Of a stretch of 64,000 bases of DNA, positions 39,828-53,746 are shown one piece after another. The notes beneath the pieces were generated by a model. It ran no database searches. It was not told the origin of the DNA and worked only from the letters and a program-made list of their open reading frames with translations. This stretch comes from Octopus sinensis (Eukaryota), in NCBI RefSeq assembly GCF_006345805.1, contig NC_042999.1, positions 159,960,001-160,024,000 on the forward strand. The letters run 5' to 3'. A program made the position numbers and the translations under genes. How positions within the stretch are numbered: position 1 is the first letter of the stretch; every line of letters begins with the position of its first letter.

Positions 39828-40986
39828 TGATTAATAATTCCATTGTAAATTTCATAACTCCCACTGTTATTATACTGGCCAGTCATGTGTGAAAAGTTAA
39901 ACTCAACGAATCAAACCCACAAATGTATAATAAAAAAAAAGTTACTGCTAAGCATAAGCAGTGCTGTGGTTCTCTCTAGCTCAAGCCAGATGCTTGGTTG
40001 GTTATCATCATCCTCATAACAACAGTAGAGAGCTTACAATGACATGTTGCCATGTTTGTACAAAATTACTGAGTTGGAATATGTCAGCAAAGCTTTGAAA
40101 CATGCGCAGATGAAACATTTGAAGATGACAGACGCAAGGATAATTGAAAATTATAATTTCATTCAGACAAGTGTGGTAGACACTAAAGAATTTGACAAAC
40201 TGACAGACAGCACATACCACAAAACACTGGTTGACCACAGCAATTTGTCTCTCTTATAAAATTCTACACATGCTTTGAGAGGAGGCCAGGGAGCCTAACC
40301 ACAAATATAACATCACAATACCATTCAGTTTTCTGCCCAATCTTGTATTATTGTCATTCTTCCAAATTAACCAAATTACCTACGACTTCACTGGTTCCAT
40401 TTCAATTTCAATAAGAACCATTTGTAGTATAACCCTGTTATATTACACACACACACACATACACACACATGCACACACACACACACACACGCACATGTGT
40501 GCACACACACACACGCAAACTCTCTCCCTCTCTCTCTCATACCAACTCACTCTCTTGCATGTCTCTCTCTCTCTCTCTCTCCAAGATCTTGTAAATAAAA
40601 TTAAACTTTACATGCAATCAATTCCTAAACAAGCCTCTAAAATTATTGAGTTCAGCCTTTCTTCTCTGAATAAACTAACAAGAAATTTTAAAAAAAACCA
40701 ACAAAATCTACATCACACACACACACACACACACATATACATAATCTGCAGGCAAAACTCTCATGCTTCTTCAACATCCATTATATAAGTCTCTGTTTCT
40801 GTACTGATTGTGCCTCTATTTCATTGTACTTTATTATATTACAGACTGTAACATACTTCTTGCACATGCAGAAGTAAGAGTCTTAAACAAACAAAGTATA
40901 TTTTTGTCATCAACAAAGATCTAAATGTCAGTGCCACATATTCATCGTGTGCTACTGATATCCACCCAGTTTATTTATTATACATA

Positions 40987-41387
40987 CTAGCAGTATCGCC
41001 CGGCGTTGCTCGGGTTTGTAAGGGAAATAACTATATAAGCATTTTTAGAGAGTTATAGCCAAAAAATAGCAAAAAAATGCATTAAAAATGAAAAAGAAAT
41101 GATGGTAAATTTTTTTTTTAAATCGTTGACTCATCGTAGACATTTTTAGAGAGTTACTTCCCTGATATAATAGCGAAAAAAATGCATTAAAATGGAAAAA
41201 AAATTATGGTAAATTTTTTTTTAAATCGTAGACTCGTCGTAGACGCACGCTAATACCCAGAAGGGCTCGATATGAATCACGACTATAAGATACCCGGTTA
41301 TGGTTAAACTGCACCGCAAAATGTGGGAGTAGTTAGGAATCTAAATCGTAGGAGACAGACACATAACTTGACTTTTATATATAAAGA
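40987..41387 (-). mobile_element. Non-autonomous Helitron with an internal duplication of about 70 bp
   Basis: Minus strand A|TC...CTAG|T; hairpin cccg-gcgttgct-cggg at 40999-41014. Confidence 0.78.
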
Positions 41388-41935
41388 TATTTCTCCAAGC
41401 TGAGTCTGTGAGAACCAGGAACAAAACTGAGTCGTCACACACACTTTGAATAAATATGGAGTATTTTTTCCTTAACTGCATTTCTCACCAAGATGATATT
41501 GCCAACCATTTTATAACTTTTACCATGTTTTTGTAAACACCATTGCTATGCTTAAAACATAGATTTTATAAAATAATGTTCAAGTTCGTTATTTAATATT
41601 CAGTGTCATCTGGTTCTTTTTGCACTCACAATATGCCATGGCTAAACATTTCCTACATAGTACCATCTTAAAACCATCATTTAATATGTATGGTGGAAGG
41701 AAGACAGGAAGCGATGAGATGACATCACATCAGTGAGTGAAAAGAAAAGTTTTTCCCTGTGCTTGGTTTTTCCTGGGGATGTGAGTAGGGACAGATGCCA
41801 GTAATAGAGATAGAGAGATTGTGACAACACAGGTGAAGAATTGATCAATCTGCCAGTGGTACCTGATTGCAAGTCGAGGTAAGAACAATTCTATTTACGT
41901 GCCTTCAAACCACAAGCTATTTCAGCACATTACCT

Positions 41936-42166
41936 ATTTCTTTATTACCCACAAGGGGCTAAACATAGAGGGGACAAACAAGGACAGACATAGGTATTAA
42001 GTCGATTATATCGACCCCAGTGCGTAACTGGTACTTAATTTATCGACCCCGAAAGGATGAAAGGCAAAGTCGACCTCGGCGGAATTTGAACTCACAACGT
42101 AACGACAGACGAAATACTGCTAAGCATTTCGCCCGGTGTGCTAACGTTTCTGCCAGCTCTCTGCCT
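41936..42166 (-). mobile_element. SINE family B
   Basis: Collinear with 35233-35463. Confidence 0.9.
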
Positions 42167-42267
42167 TTCGGCACATTTCCAGCTGTGAGGATACGTCCGA
42201 GAAGTAGATGTTTTATAATTTTTTTGTTGTTCTTGTTCTTCATTTGTAGCGGCCACAAAAATCAGAA

Positions 42268-43756
42268 TTGGAAATGATTGTTGAGACCGTTTACAGAGGA
42301 AGGCAATGTCGTGGCCTGGATAAAGAAGGTGAGATTAGTGGCGAAAATGCAGGAAATAAAAGATGTAGCAAGCCTTATGCTATTGTATTTAGAAGGCAAT
42401 GCATTGAATCTCTACTTGGAGATGGATGAGGTGGACCAAGAGAAAACAGAAAAATTGAAGAGCAGCTGAAAGACGCATACACAGAGAGGTCTTCTGAAGC
42501 CTACCACAAGCTCAGCAAGGTTAGATGGACCGGTGAGCAGATAGATAATTATGCGAGTGAGATTAAGAGATTGGCGCGCCTAACAGGGTTTACTGGAGCA
42601 GCGATGGAGCAGATGGTGAAGCTGGCTTCCTTGACCATATCTCTGTATGTCTGCAGCAGATGCCAGACATTGAAATGACGTCAATAAGGGAGATGATTGG
42701 TAAATCGCATGTGTTGACACAAAGTGACACTCAGGACATAGCAGCAACAGTGATGGTGGTTACGAGTGGGATGAAGAGGCAGGTAACAAACAACAGCAAG
42801 CGTCTAGTGAGGTGAATGACCAAGGAACCATGTTTCAGATGTCGAGGTCTGCACATGATCAAGGAGTGCACAGAACTAAAGCCAATGATGGTGTGTTTCC
42901 GATGTGGCCAGCCTAGGTATATAGCAAATAACTCCAAGCAGAGAAACAAACAAACGAACTACTGTGCCGCTAGTTCCCACCACTACCAATTGAGGGCTCA
43001 CAACCGAACAATGCTTGTAATGAGACTTAAGGTGGGAGTGAGAGAAGTACGAGCCCTCGTGGATAAGGGTTGCACAGCAACCCTGGTGACCATAAAAATG
43101 GTCGAAAAGTGGAGAAAAAAGACCAGGCTCAGAGAGGTAGATGGTTGGGAGGTCAAATGTAGGGACATCAGCAATGTGGAAATGGAGATACAGGGGTCCA
43201 TATTGAGGTTGCAGGCAATTGTAGTTGATGAGATGGTAGACAGTGTCGATGTAGTGGTCAGAGTGGACATGATCACACTATTAGGAGGTGTGATGGTTGG
43301 TGGGGCAGGAGTTGAGTTTGGTGACCGGTGTGCTGTGTGCCATGAGTATGAAGCAGAGGAAGAAAACTGTAAGAGGGTTTTCCGTTGAGGACAAGGACTT
43401 CCATGCTGAGTTCAACAACAAAAAATGGAGTATTTCTTGAAAGGAGAACCTCTCGTACTGAGAAATAGGGTGAGCTGCTATGAGTACACACTGAAAGGAG
43501 AAGCCAGATTTGAGTTCGAGACAGAGGCAAACAGGTGGATAGAAGAGGGCATTCTGATGCCATGGAGTGAAGAAACAATGAGCGGTGAGCTGCCGTTGAT
43601 GGCTGTGGTTCAGCTGACAAAAAATAATGTTCAACCAGTGCTAGACTTCAGGGAACTGAACAAAAGTGTGTCCTGTCATATGGGTGGCGAGGCAGCGGAT
43701 ATGTGTGGAGAAACCCTTCATGAGTGGAGACAGATAAGGGGAGCAACTACAATCAT
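42268..43756 (+). mobile_element. Truncated Ty3/Gypsy-like LTR retrotransposon (gag, zinc knuckles, protease, start of RT)
   Basis: CFRCRGLHMIKEC and CFRCGQPRY knuckles, ALVDKG aspartic-protease motif, PLMAVVQ..N.VQPVLDFRELN RT start. No LTR identified. Confidence 0.85.
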
Positions 43757-43769
43757 GTGTGTGTGTGTG

Positions 43770-44557
43770 TGTGGCCTTAGAATCAACCTAGCTAAAACCC
43801 AAATCCTAATAAGTAGGAAGGCAGGCAAACCACAAATCCCTTCAGGTAGATGGCCCTACTCGATCTGTAGAAAAGGTGTAGGTAGAAACTCTATAAGATG
43901 CACCAAGTGTAAGCTATGGACACATAAGAGGTGCAGCAATATCAAAGGAAGGCTAAATGGGAAGATAGTTTTTGTATGTGGCAAATGCTCAGGAACAATA
44001 AACACTGAAAATGTGCAGAGAATAACCTCTGCCACATTTCAGGGAGAAAAACTAGAAGTAGTTGATAGCTTCCGTTACCTAGGTGACCAAGTCAGTAGCG
44101 GAGGAGGGTGCGCTGAAAGTGTAGCTGCTAGAATAAGAATAGCCTGGGCAATATTCAGAGAGCTCTTACTTCTGCTGGTGGCAAAAGACCTCTTGCTCAG
44201 AGTAAAAGATAGACTGTACGACGCATGTGTACGAACAGCCATGCTACATGGCAGTGAAACTTGGGCCGTGAATGCTGAGGATATGAGTAAGCTCGCAAGA
44301 AATGAAGCCAGTATGCTCCGATGGATGTGTAATGTCAGTGTGCATACTCAACAGAGTGTTAGTGCCTTCAGAGAAAAGTTGAACCAAAGAAGCATCAGAT
44401 GTGGTGTGCAAGAGAGACGACTGCACTGGTATGGTCATGTGGTGAGAATGGATGTGGATAGCTGTGTGAAAAAGTGTCACGCCCTAGCGGTTGAAGGAAC
44501 CTGTGGAAGAGGTAAACCCAGGAAGACCTGGGATGCAGTGGTGTAGCATGACCTTCA

Positions 44558-44560
<3 letters not shown>
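43770..44560 (+). mobile_element. RTE fragment (C-terminal ORF), bounded by (GT)n and (TA)n
   Basis: Highly similar to 58590-59370. Confidence 0.92.
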
Positions 44561-44599
<39 letters not shown>

Positions 44600-44651
44600 A
44601 TACATATAATATCAATATATATACATAAATATACATACATATATAAATATA

Positions 44652-44813
44652 CATTAGGCAAGAAGTTGAAAGTTTTTTTTGGCCCATGACACTGTATGGA
44701 CTCTAAGTTTAGCATGTGTAAAATCTGAATGAAATTGGTTGGGTAGTTCTCGAATTTTAGGGATTCACACAGACAGACTCACAGACAGACATTTTCAGTT
44801 TTATATATTAAGA
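44652..44813 (-). mobile_element. Possible short non-autonomous Helitron
   Basis: 5' end A|TCttaatatataaaac..gtctgtctg resembles the other two; 3' end degenerate. Confidence 0.4.
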
Positions 44814-45450
44814 TGGCTATAAAGCAATGGAATTTGAGCATTATTCTTCAATCTATTATCGTTTACGGTATTAAATTTAAGCTACAAATATAACTTGAAC
44901 GTAGAGAGAAACCATAGTTAGGTCACAAACATTAACTAAACAATGTCTATATGGTGGTATAGTTTGTAGTGAGGATAGTGTAAATGGCAAACTGTTGATG
45001 ATGCTGATTAAGATGAGACCGAAGATGAATAGACTTTAATAGAAAACATATGAAACAGAGATAAACAGATATATATCAGTTGCTCCTAGGAAATCAAAAA
45101 AGCCACCCACCCTTCCACCTCTGGGACTGTACAACAAGCATAGCAATAAACCTAAATTAAAACCATATGTTTCTATTCCCATCAGACCATGTGCTTCTTG
45201 GTATACTCCAACAAACCAAAAGAATAAAGTTCTGCAACTTTTCAAAGCAGTGATATTCTTAAATCAATTTAAAAAACCTACAGCTGCATTATATTTTGCA
45301 GATGATGCAATATCTTCCATTATTGTGAGATACATTCTGGTCCAACAATAAAATATTTGAAAAGAAATTAGAGGTCAAATCAAATGTCACACTTTGATGA
45401 CTAAACTCTCGCTAAAAATCAGCAGCTAGAGAGAGAGTCAATTGACATAT

Positions 45451-45777
45451 TTTAAAGACTCCGCCGGTTACGACGACGAGGGTCCCAGCTGATACGATCA
45501 ACGGAACAGCTTGCTCGTGAAATTAACGTGCAAATGGCTGAGCATTCCACAGACACGTGTACCCTTAACGTAGTTCTCGGGGATAATCAGCGTGACACAG
45601 AGAGTGACAAGGCTGACCCTTTGAAATACAAGTACAACTCATTTTTGCCAGCTGAGTGGACTGGAGCAACGTGAAATAAAGTGTCTTGCTCAAGGACACA
45701 ACGCATCGCCGGGAATCGAACTCACAACCTTACGATCATGAGCCGATTGCCCTAACCACTAAGCCACGCGCCCTCAC
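45451..45777 (-). mobile_element. tRNA-derived SINE family C (head has CAT at an anticodon-like position; CORE/V-like central domain)
   Basis: Head gcgtggcttagtggttaggg..ggctcatgatcg..gagttcgattcccgg; 12-bp TSD caattgacatat (45439-45450 and 45778-45789). Related copies at about 23467-23770, 11905-12240 and 6245-6335. Confidence 0.88.
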
Positions 45778-45954
45778 CAATTGACATATAAAGTTAGAGA
45801 GAAGATCAGCTTGTTATACATTATACAGCTGTTCAGAATATAACGGAAGATGTCACAGAAACTGAAATTGTAAAAGTATATTTTAAATCCAAAATATCAA
45901 TACAGTCTGAGGAGAACAGACATGAATGAAAAAGTAAAGATACTTCTAAAAAGC

Positions 45955-47030
45955 ATGACAACTTGACAACTGATGTTGGTTTGTTTACTTCCCCATAACT
46001 TAGTAGTTCAGCAAAAGAGGCCAATAGAATAGTACCAGGATTTAACAAAGAAAAAAAAAACATTCCTATAACAGTTTGGCAAAAAAAAAACTGATAGAAT
46101 AAGTACTGAGCTTTAAAAAATAAGCCCTGGGGTCAATTCATTCAACTAAAAATTCTTTAAGGTGGTGCCCCAGCATGACCACAGTCCAATAACTGAAACA
46201 AATGTAAGATAAAAGAAAAGTACTAGAGTCAAGTCTTCAAGGCAGACAGCAAGTGCTCCAGCATGGCTTCAGTCCAATGACAGACAAGATAAAAGATAAA
46301 AGATAAAACAATCCCACTGCGTGGCATCTTGGGCAAGTGTCTTCTGCTATAGCCTTGGGCCGACCAATGCCTTGTGAGTGGATTTGGTAGACGGAAACTG
46401 AAAGAAGCCTGTCGTATATGTGTATATATATGTGTGTGTTTGTGTGTGTGTTTGTTCCCCTAGCATTGCTTGACAACCGATGCTGGTGTGTTTACGTCCC
46501 GGTCACTTAGCAGTTCGGCAAAAGAGACCGATAGAATAAGTACTGGGCTTACAAAGACTAAGCCCCGGGGTCGATTTGCTTGACTAAAGACAGTGCTCCA
46601 GCATGGCCGCAGTCAAATGACTGAAACAAGTAAAAGACATGTCTTGGACAAGTAACTCTAAGTCAAAGAACATCTTGTGAGTGAATTTGGAAGACAGAAA
46701 CCGAACGGAAACTGTCAGATATAAGTAAATATGTATGTGTATAAGCTTATGTGTGTGTCACCTTGTCTTAACATCACAATCATTGTAAATTAGTGTCAGT
46801 TTATGACAAAGTTGAGCTTTGTGTTTCCAATTTTCTGTGAAAACACATGCAGCCGGGAAGATATATTAACTAGCTTTGGTAAAGCAAGTCAGTATATCAG
46901 TCAAAAGCAAGTCGATAGAATAAGTACTGGGCTTACAAAGACTAAGTCTTGGGGTCGATTTGCTCGACTAAAGGTGGTGCTACAGCATGGCCGCAGTCAA
47001 ATGACTGAAACAAGTAAAAGAGTAAAGAGT
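45955..47030 (+). mobile_element. Stack of about five partial SINE family A copies or variants
   Basis: Repeated gatagaataagtact and ggtgctccagcatgg..cagtc motifs; best copy 46312-46637. Confidence 0.8.
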
Positions 47031-47972
47031 ATGTGTGGAAAGAAATAATTTTGCTAGGAATGTTTTTAAAAATGCTTTTCTCGGTCTATGCAGTAAATGT
47101 TTTGATCAATATCAAGGGAAAAGCCTACATTAGATGTATAACAATACAATATCATTGACAGAATGTACAACAGCTGCTTAAACACCAATGGCAGTATCAA
47201 TATCGTGTTTTCTTTGTAAACGTACTTCAGCATAGTAATACTGCAACAATTAGTGTAGAAGTGGATGCTAACTCAGTTAATAATCATTTATTTCAAACTA
47301 CCAATCATCTTTAAAAGGGAAAAAAAATTTAAGTAAAAACACAGAAAAAAAATGTACTTTATAAAGGCAACTGTAGTGGGAGGCATCATGAATCTAAGCA
47401 TGAGCTAATTGCTTCTATTTGCAAGTAAATCTTTAAACACTTGACCAGTTGATGAGGGGGTTGAGAACACTCATATACACTTTACATTAATATTGATTAG
47501 CAACTCATTGTGTTTCTCTTTTGTCTTTCGATTCCACAACAAGAGACTCGGTTGATTATACTGTGAATGCACTGCAATGAAAGAAGTCATAAAAGGCTAA
47601 ATGCATCCATGTAGCTCCCTTTCGTAGGTAATGATTTTTTAAATTGGACTTTCAAGGGATTATATAGTTAGATATTAATAGAGCAAAATGAACGAGTCAA
47701 TCCAATATATTTATACCCAACTAATTTACAAAACCTTTTAATGAACAATGAGTACTTTATGATTTAGGCAATGTGTAGTTTTATGTAATGTGTAATTTAT
47801 AAAAAAAACACTTAACACATAATATTTGATTAAAATAACTAAATGAAAACAGTTTAGAATGTTAATTATAGAAATATGATAGGATTATAAACATTAAAAA
47901 GAACCATAAGCCATTATTATCCAGAGAAAAGACATCTCTTTAAGAAAATCTCTCTCTCTCCCCCTCATATAT

Positions 47973-48335
47973 ATCATCATCATCATCATCATTTAGCGTC
48001 CACTTTCCATGCTGGCATGGGTTGGATGGTTCAACTGGGGTCTGGGAAGCCAGAAGGCTGCACCAGGCCCAGTCTGATCTGGCAATGTTTCTACGGCTGG
48101 ATGCCCTTCCTAACGCCAACCACTCCATGAGTGTAGTGGGTGCTTTTTACGTGCCAGACGAAGCTGGCAAGCGGCCACAATTGTATGGTGCTTTTTACAT
48201 GCCACCGGCACAGAGGCCAGTCGGGGCGGCGCTGGCAACGGCCACGTTCGGATGGTTCTCTTATGTGCCACCGGCACTAGTATCACAGCTACAATTTCCA
48301 TTGATGTTGATCGATTTTGATTTTGATTTTCACTT
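47973..48335 (-). mobile_element. 5'-truncated RTE 3' UTR with three units
   Basis: Reverse complement of the same tail family. Confidence 0.86.
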
Positions 48336-48360
48336 GCCTCAACAGTTTTCACTTGCCTCA

Positions 48361-49620
48361 ACAGTTTTATTGCAAAATCATGTGTCCCTTGTTTATTTCT
48401 CACACTCAACATGGGTTACTTTGAACATTTTTGACAAAATTTCATATTTTAGAAGTTATTTCGTGTTAAAGTTGTCATATTTGGGTAATTTTAACCAATC
48501 AACGACATGTATTCAGTTGAAGAAAGTTACTGCTGTTTGTAATAATAATCAAAGTGGAACAACTTCCGGGTCATCTCTACTAAATGTCACTACTCTGTTC
48601 TATTCATGTTATCCTTTCTTCCTTTCTAGTCAGTGCTGTGCATTCCTTACTCTTTCCATCTCTACTGGTAGACAGCCACTTCTACACTATCAACTACCAA
48701 CCAGCAAGCGAACTTGTCACTGCCACTACAATTACCATATTTTCCAGTGTATAAGCCGCTATTTTTTACCTGGAAAATTTAGTTTGCAGCTTATAGAAAG
48801 GTGCACCTAATATGTGTACTTTTTTATAAGTTTCAGGAGGAAAATAATTTGTGTATGGAGATCGACTGATTCCACTGATTTTTTCAGAGGAAAGGTCAGT
48901 TGGTGAACAACACTAAAGACCATGGCTACAGTATATTGGTGCCTGGAAGAAAACAAAGCATGCTTGTTTTGTTTTACCTTCAGGTTTTGTTAATGTTATT
49001 TTTAATCCAATAAAGACTTTTATATTGGTGAAATGTGTTTGTTGTTGATTATAGTAAGATAAAATCATAATACATCTCATAGTTGTAAAATAAGGCGTCT
49101 TGAAACTACATACATGTCAACAACAAAAAAGCTAGCTGCGGACCAGTAGCTCTATAGGTCTTTTAAGTATGGGTGCGCTTTATGTGTGGATAAAACCAAA
49201 ATTTCCCCAAAATTTGGCCTGTAGCTTAAATACCAATGTCAAGCAGAGAAATAAATATATGTAATAATATTTCTTCCTTCTTGGTATTGATTCTTCAATG
49301 TTTACGGGTTACTCCAACACGGAAACCAAAAAGAGCAAAAAAAGTGTGTAATATGCAACACAGGCAGTAAACAAAAAATAAATACAACAGAATGGTGACA
49401 TTTAGTAGAGATGACCCGGTAGTTGTTCCACTTTGATTATTATTGCAAACAGCAGTAACTTTCTTCAACTGAATACACATCTTTGATTGGTTAAAATTAC
49501 CCAAATACAACAACTTTAACGTGAAATAACTTCTAAAATACAAAATTTTGTCAAAAATGTTCAAAGTAAACTGTGTTCTGCATGAGAAATTACACCAGTA
49601 TACGAAATTTCAAACTGTTT
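48361..49620. mobile_element. Long inverted-repeat element (arms of about 200-250 bp) containing a Tc1/pogo-like MITE (about 48733-49263)
   Basis: About 48415-48600 is the reverse complement of about 49385-49570 (the ORF track gives the same pseudo-peptide on both strands). The inner element starts taccatattttccagtgtataagccgc. Confidence 0.6.
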
Positions 49621-52590
49621 AGTTTAAAAAGATCAATTAAAAATCTGTGAGCCAAACTGAACAGATCCAAGGGGGAAAATAAACCTCGTTAATTTTGGAG
49701 GGTACTACACTAGTATGATTATGTTACTTCATGCAAGATCTTATATAAGAGATTGACTCAATTCAGAATAATTTATAACTAGTAATACAAATACATTTTA
49801 TTCCAATTATTTAATACTCTTCACAATTTTCTAGTTGACCCCAAGAAATAATTTCCTTTAATTTGTAAGAATATATTTTAATTCCTTATTTGTCTAACTG
49901 ATCCATTATATATCACTTCTAGAACCTCCTTTTCTTCTTCCTAATATTCTAATGACTAATCCTACCCCTCAAAAAACCTTGTGGCCTTACGTGGTATTTA
50001 TTCCGGCTCTTTATGTTCTGAGTTCAAATCCTGCTGCGTTCAACTCAGCCTTTCATTTTTCAGAGTCAGCAAGATAAAGTACAAGTCATATACCTTAGTC
50101 AACAGTATCAACTAAACCAGTCCTATCAAGTTTCGAGTCCTGTACCTATATTAGAAACATTATTAATCATCATTATTGTTGTTGTTATTACTATTATTCC
50201 TTCAAATCACAACTGGCCATTTTAAAGGAAAGACAGATCAGCCAGTATCTTGCATATACAAAAAGAGACGAGATGGTCATGACTAAAGTGGCTTTAATTA
50301 TAGATCTGCTCATTCAAAATTGACCTAAAGCTAAACAAAATCAACTGAACCAGTTTTAACTTGAATAAGGATAGATGAAACATTACTAGAGATGATTAAG
50401 ACACTAATTCCCTCCTTTATCCTCATATAAAATTCAAATGTTTCACCTATTTCCATAAGTTTAAAGTGATAATGACAATGACCTCCCATAATTTCCAATA
50501 TAGACAAGAATGGGTTATTGTAAGAGAGTGCATCTAACTTGACTCCTTAAAATGCAAGATAAATAGCTAAGTGGACACCCTAACCCTTTTCTGTCACAAG
50601 TTACAATGACAAATTTAGCATTATCCTTTTCTTTTTCACTATTTTTATCCTTCTAAAAATCTATTAAAGTTCTATTAGAAGATAGTTATGAGAGAGAGAG
50701 AGAGTCACATGAACATACTGAGGATGACAGCCTCAAAGTAAGCATCCATGTTGAATACAAGGTATCCTATTAAACATGCCTTTAAATTATGAAAATCATT
50801 TGAAAAGAAATGTGAAGTATAATTAGTGAAGTAGCTTCAGCTGAACAACTCAAGACTAGAGAAATAATCCCATACAGCCAAATAAAAGATGAACTAGATG
50901 ACCAAAGATATTTTTAAATAAAACAGGGACTTCTCAGATACTATGCCACAATTTTATAGAAGAGATGAAAATGATAATAAATAATTAATCACCACCATAA
51001 AATTTATTCAGATCAGTGGAAAAAAATCTTAAATTAGGTTGAATGTTGTTATTCTTCTGACTCAAACCATGTTCACATGATAAGAATATTCAATTAGGTC
51101 AATGTTTTTAACTTTAGGAATATAACAGAAATTGTTAGAAATAAGTTTTTCATCTGTTTTGCTAATTTCTTAAATTGAAGCATTAAGATTAATAGGTGAG
51201 TTATACAATTCTTGACCTGAAGCAGGACATACAACCAACAATGGTTTATTTGAAACAGTGTTGGTTGGCTTGTTATGATACAGGACTACTGAAACAGATC
51301 ATAAGTTTAATGCCTGCAATTGACATTGTATTTATAATCAGGAGATAGTATGCTCCTTCCTTGCAAGCTAAAGTTAAATCTCATTAAACACCCCAGATAA
51401 GTGACTTCCATTAAGATTGAACACTGAGCTACATTGGGAAACACCCGCATGGTCATTTGATTGCTAAAAATTAGTCAAATTTCTTTTTAAGATAATCTGA
51501 CACAAAGAAAGGACTTGTTAGATTATGTAGTGCTACATACCCCTAAAAAGACGGGATAATTAGAGCTGGACCGTCATAGACTATAAACAGGAGTCATCTA
51601 GGTTGACCAGGAGTTAAACAAAAATAACAACATCAAGCAATAAAGTATTTGCACCAAAATTCATACTTATACTGCAAAAATGTTCCCCACTGTCAATAAC
51701 ACTGCCAAAGTTATACTTGAGTTAAACATTTCAGTGGATAGAAACAATGGATGCAAACAAATATTCAAATTATAAAAAATATAAATAAAACTCAAAATCT
51801 TCAGTGGTTTGAAAACCACTTAAAGAAAGTAACTGATATGTCAGAAACAAAGAACAAACCCCAACTTGAAGACAACTAGAGCTATGTGACCATGTTACTC
51901 ACACTATGTATGTATTCTACACTCTATAAAAATGGGAAAATCTACCTACACAGGCAGCTTACAAATGTAATTCTAACAGCATAACAGCTGTTGCAAAGAT
52001 GTGACTTCTGTACGAATTTGTCTGCAACACTTCAGTTTTAAATATTCCCCGCTTTACATTAATTTGAAAGACTTTTGAAAAATAAATAATGTTCACACAA
52101 AAAAATAAACACGTAATGTATTAGAAATATATTGGCATTCTGTGTTACAGATTTGTAGAAATGAAGAGAAATAATATATGTAGGTATGAGAGAGTGCCCC
52201 CAAAATATTGTGTGCTAAATGTTGGCATACAAAAATAACCTTAGTTACAGGAGTCTCTGGTGTTACTTCAAGGTTCCTCATATCTCATGTTAAGAACACT
52301 CTACAGTGACAAAGTAACCTTTTAAAGGCCCACACCTATTTAATTGGATGCCTCAAAATCTAAGAGATGCAACTGTGATTTCAGTTAATGTGGATAAACA
52401 ACATGCGGATTATCTACTTTCAAATGTCTGCCCAGCAAGACATCTAAAACTGATTATATAACAAAAGCAGAGAGGTCACAATCAAAACATCCACTTTCCT
52501 TAAACACACAGACACACACAATCTTAACAAAGATGACACAAATGCCAAATAAGAAAAGTACAACTTGAAGTGAAATTAATGGAATGCCAA

Positions 52591-52626
52591 GTAGACGGAA
52601 ACTGAAAGAAGCCTGTCGTTTATATG

Positions 52627-52657
<31 letters not shown>

Positions 52658-52860
52658 CTGTGTTTGTCCCCCTAGCATTGCTTGATAACCGATGCTGGTG
52701 TGTTTATGTCCCCGTCACTTAGTGGTTCGGCAAAAGAGACCGATAGAATAAGTACTGGGCTTGCAAAGAATAAGTCCTGGGGTCGATTTGCTCGACTAAA
52801 GGTGGTGCTCCAGCATGGCCGCAGTCAAATGACTGAAACAAGTAAAATAGTAAAGAGAAA
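52591..52860 (+). mobile_element. SINE family A, 3' half
   Basis: Collinear from gtagacggaaactgaaag. Confidence 0.9.
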
Positions 52861-52896
52861 AGGAGAATATCCCAATAAGAAGTTCTGAATTTTTAA

Positions 52897-53117
52897 CCCT
52901 TTAGCATTTAAACCGGCCATATCCGGCCAAAAGTATTCTGCCTGTTTTATGTCCAAAATGGCCAGATCTGGTCTCTCACACCAACCCTACAATATCATCT
53001 TAAAAATTAACAGCTACCTCATCAAAATCTCAAAGCTACAAGATAATGCCTGATTAGTTCAAACCAATGTGGATGAAAAAGCATTAATTTTGGTAGAATA
53101 ATGTGAACACTCAAGGG
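52897..53117. mobile_element. piggyBac-like MITE family 2
   Basis: Collinear with 33174-33394; right TSD mutated (tcaa). Confidence 0.82.
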
Positions 53118-53713
53118 TCAAATTGAACTCTCCAACTTTTAGAAAACAACATGGGTGTAAATACATAAAATGTAAAAATTGTGAATTATAGCTTCATTAC
53201 ATCTCCATCTACCTGAACTATCTAAATTCATACCATTGGCCTACTTGAGTACTTCCCCTTGGACCATAATTTTTTTTTGGTAACTGCAGACATGTTATGG
53301 CTACCTGACAGAGTTTTATGAGATGTTGTGCTTAATTAAGGAAACTGCAAAGTATGACCACTAATTTTGGAATGCAATCTGTAATTTCACTCTTACAGCA
53401 ACTTGGATAAATTTTAGGAATTCAAAAATTACACTTTCTTCTTGGCCAAAAGGCCACTTCTTGACATTTTAGCTAAGATCAAAGAATTTCACAACTTAAA
53501 AACCTCAATACGAAAGAGAGATGTCAAGGTGGTTCCTAAGTATGACCGCTGTCCAATGACAAACAGAAGATGTGTGTGTGTGTACACATGTTTATGTACA
53601 TAGCACTATAAACACTGAGTATGAGATGGAATATTTCATTGTGAATATGTGTGTGTGTATCTATATACATATCCTTTCCTTTAAAGAAAATTCCAGATTC
53701 ACCTTTTCCATAC

Positions 53714-53746
<33 letters not shown>

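Noticed and set aside
45700-45777. tRNA-Met gene
   Set aside because: The tRNA-like head continues into a SINE body with a TSD, and I could not form an acceptor stem. The same applies to the heads of families A and B.
48022-48810. 262-aa ORF
   Set aside because: It crosses an antisense RTE UTR, a TIR arm and a MITE; no domain motif.
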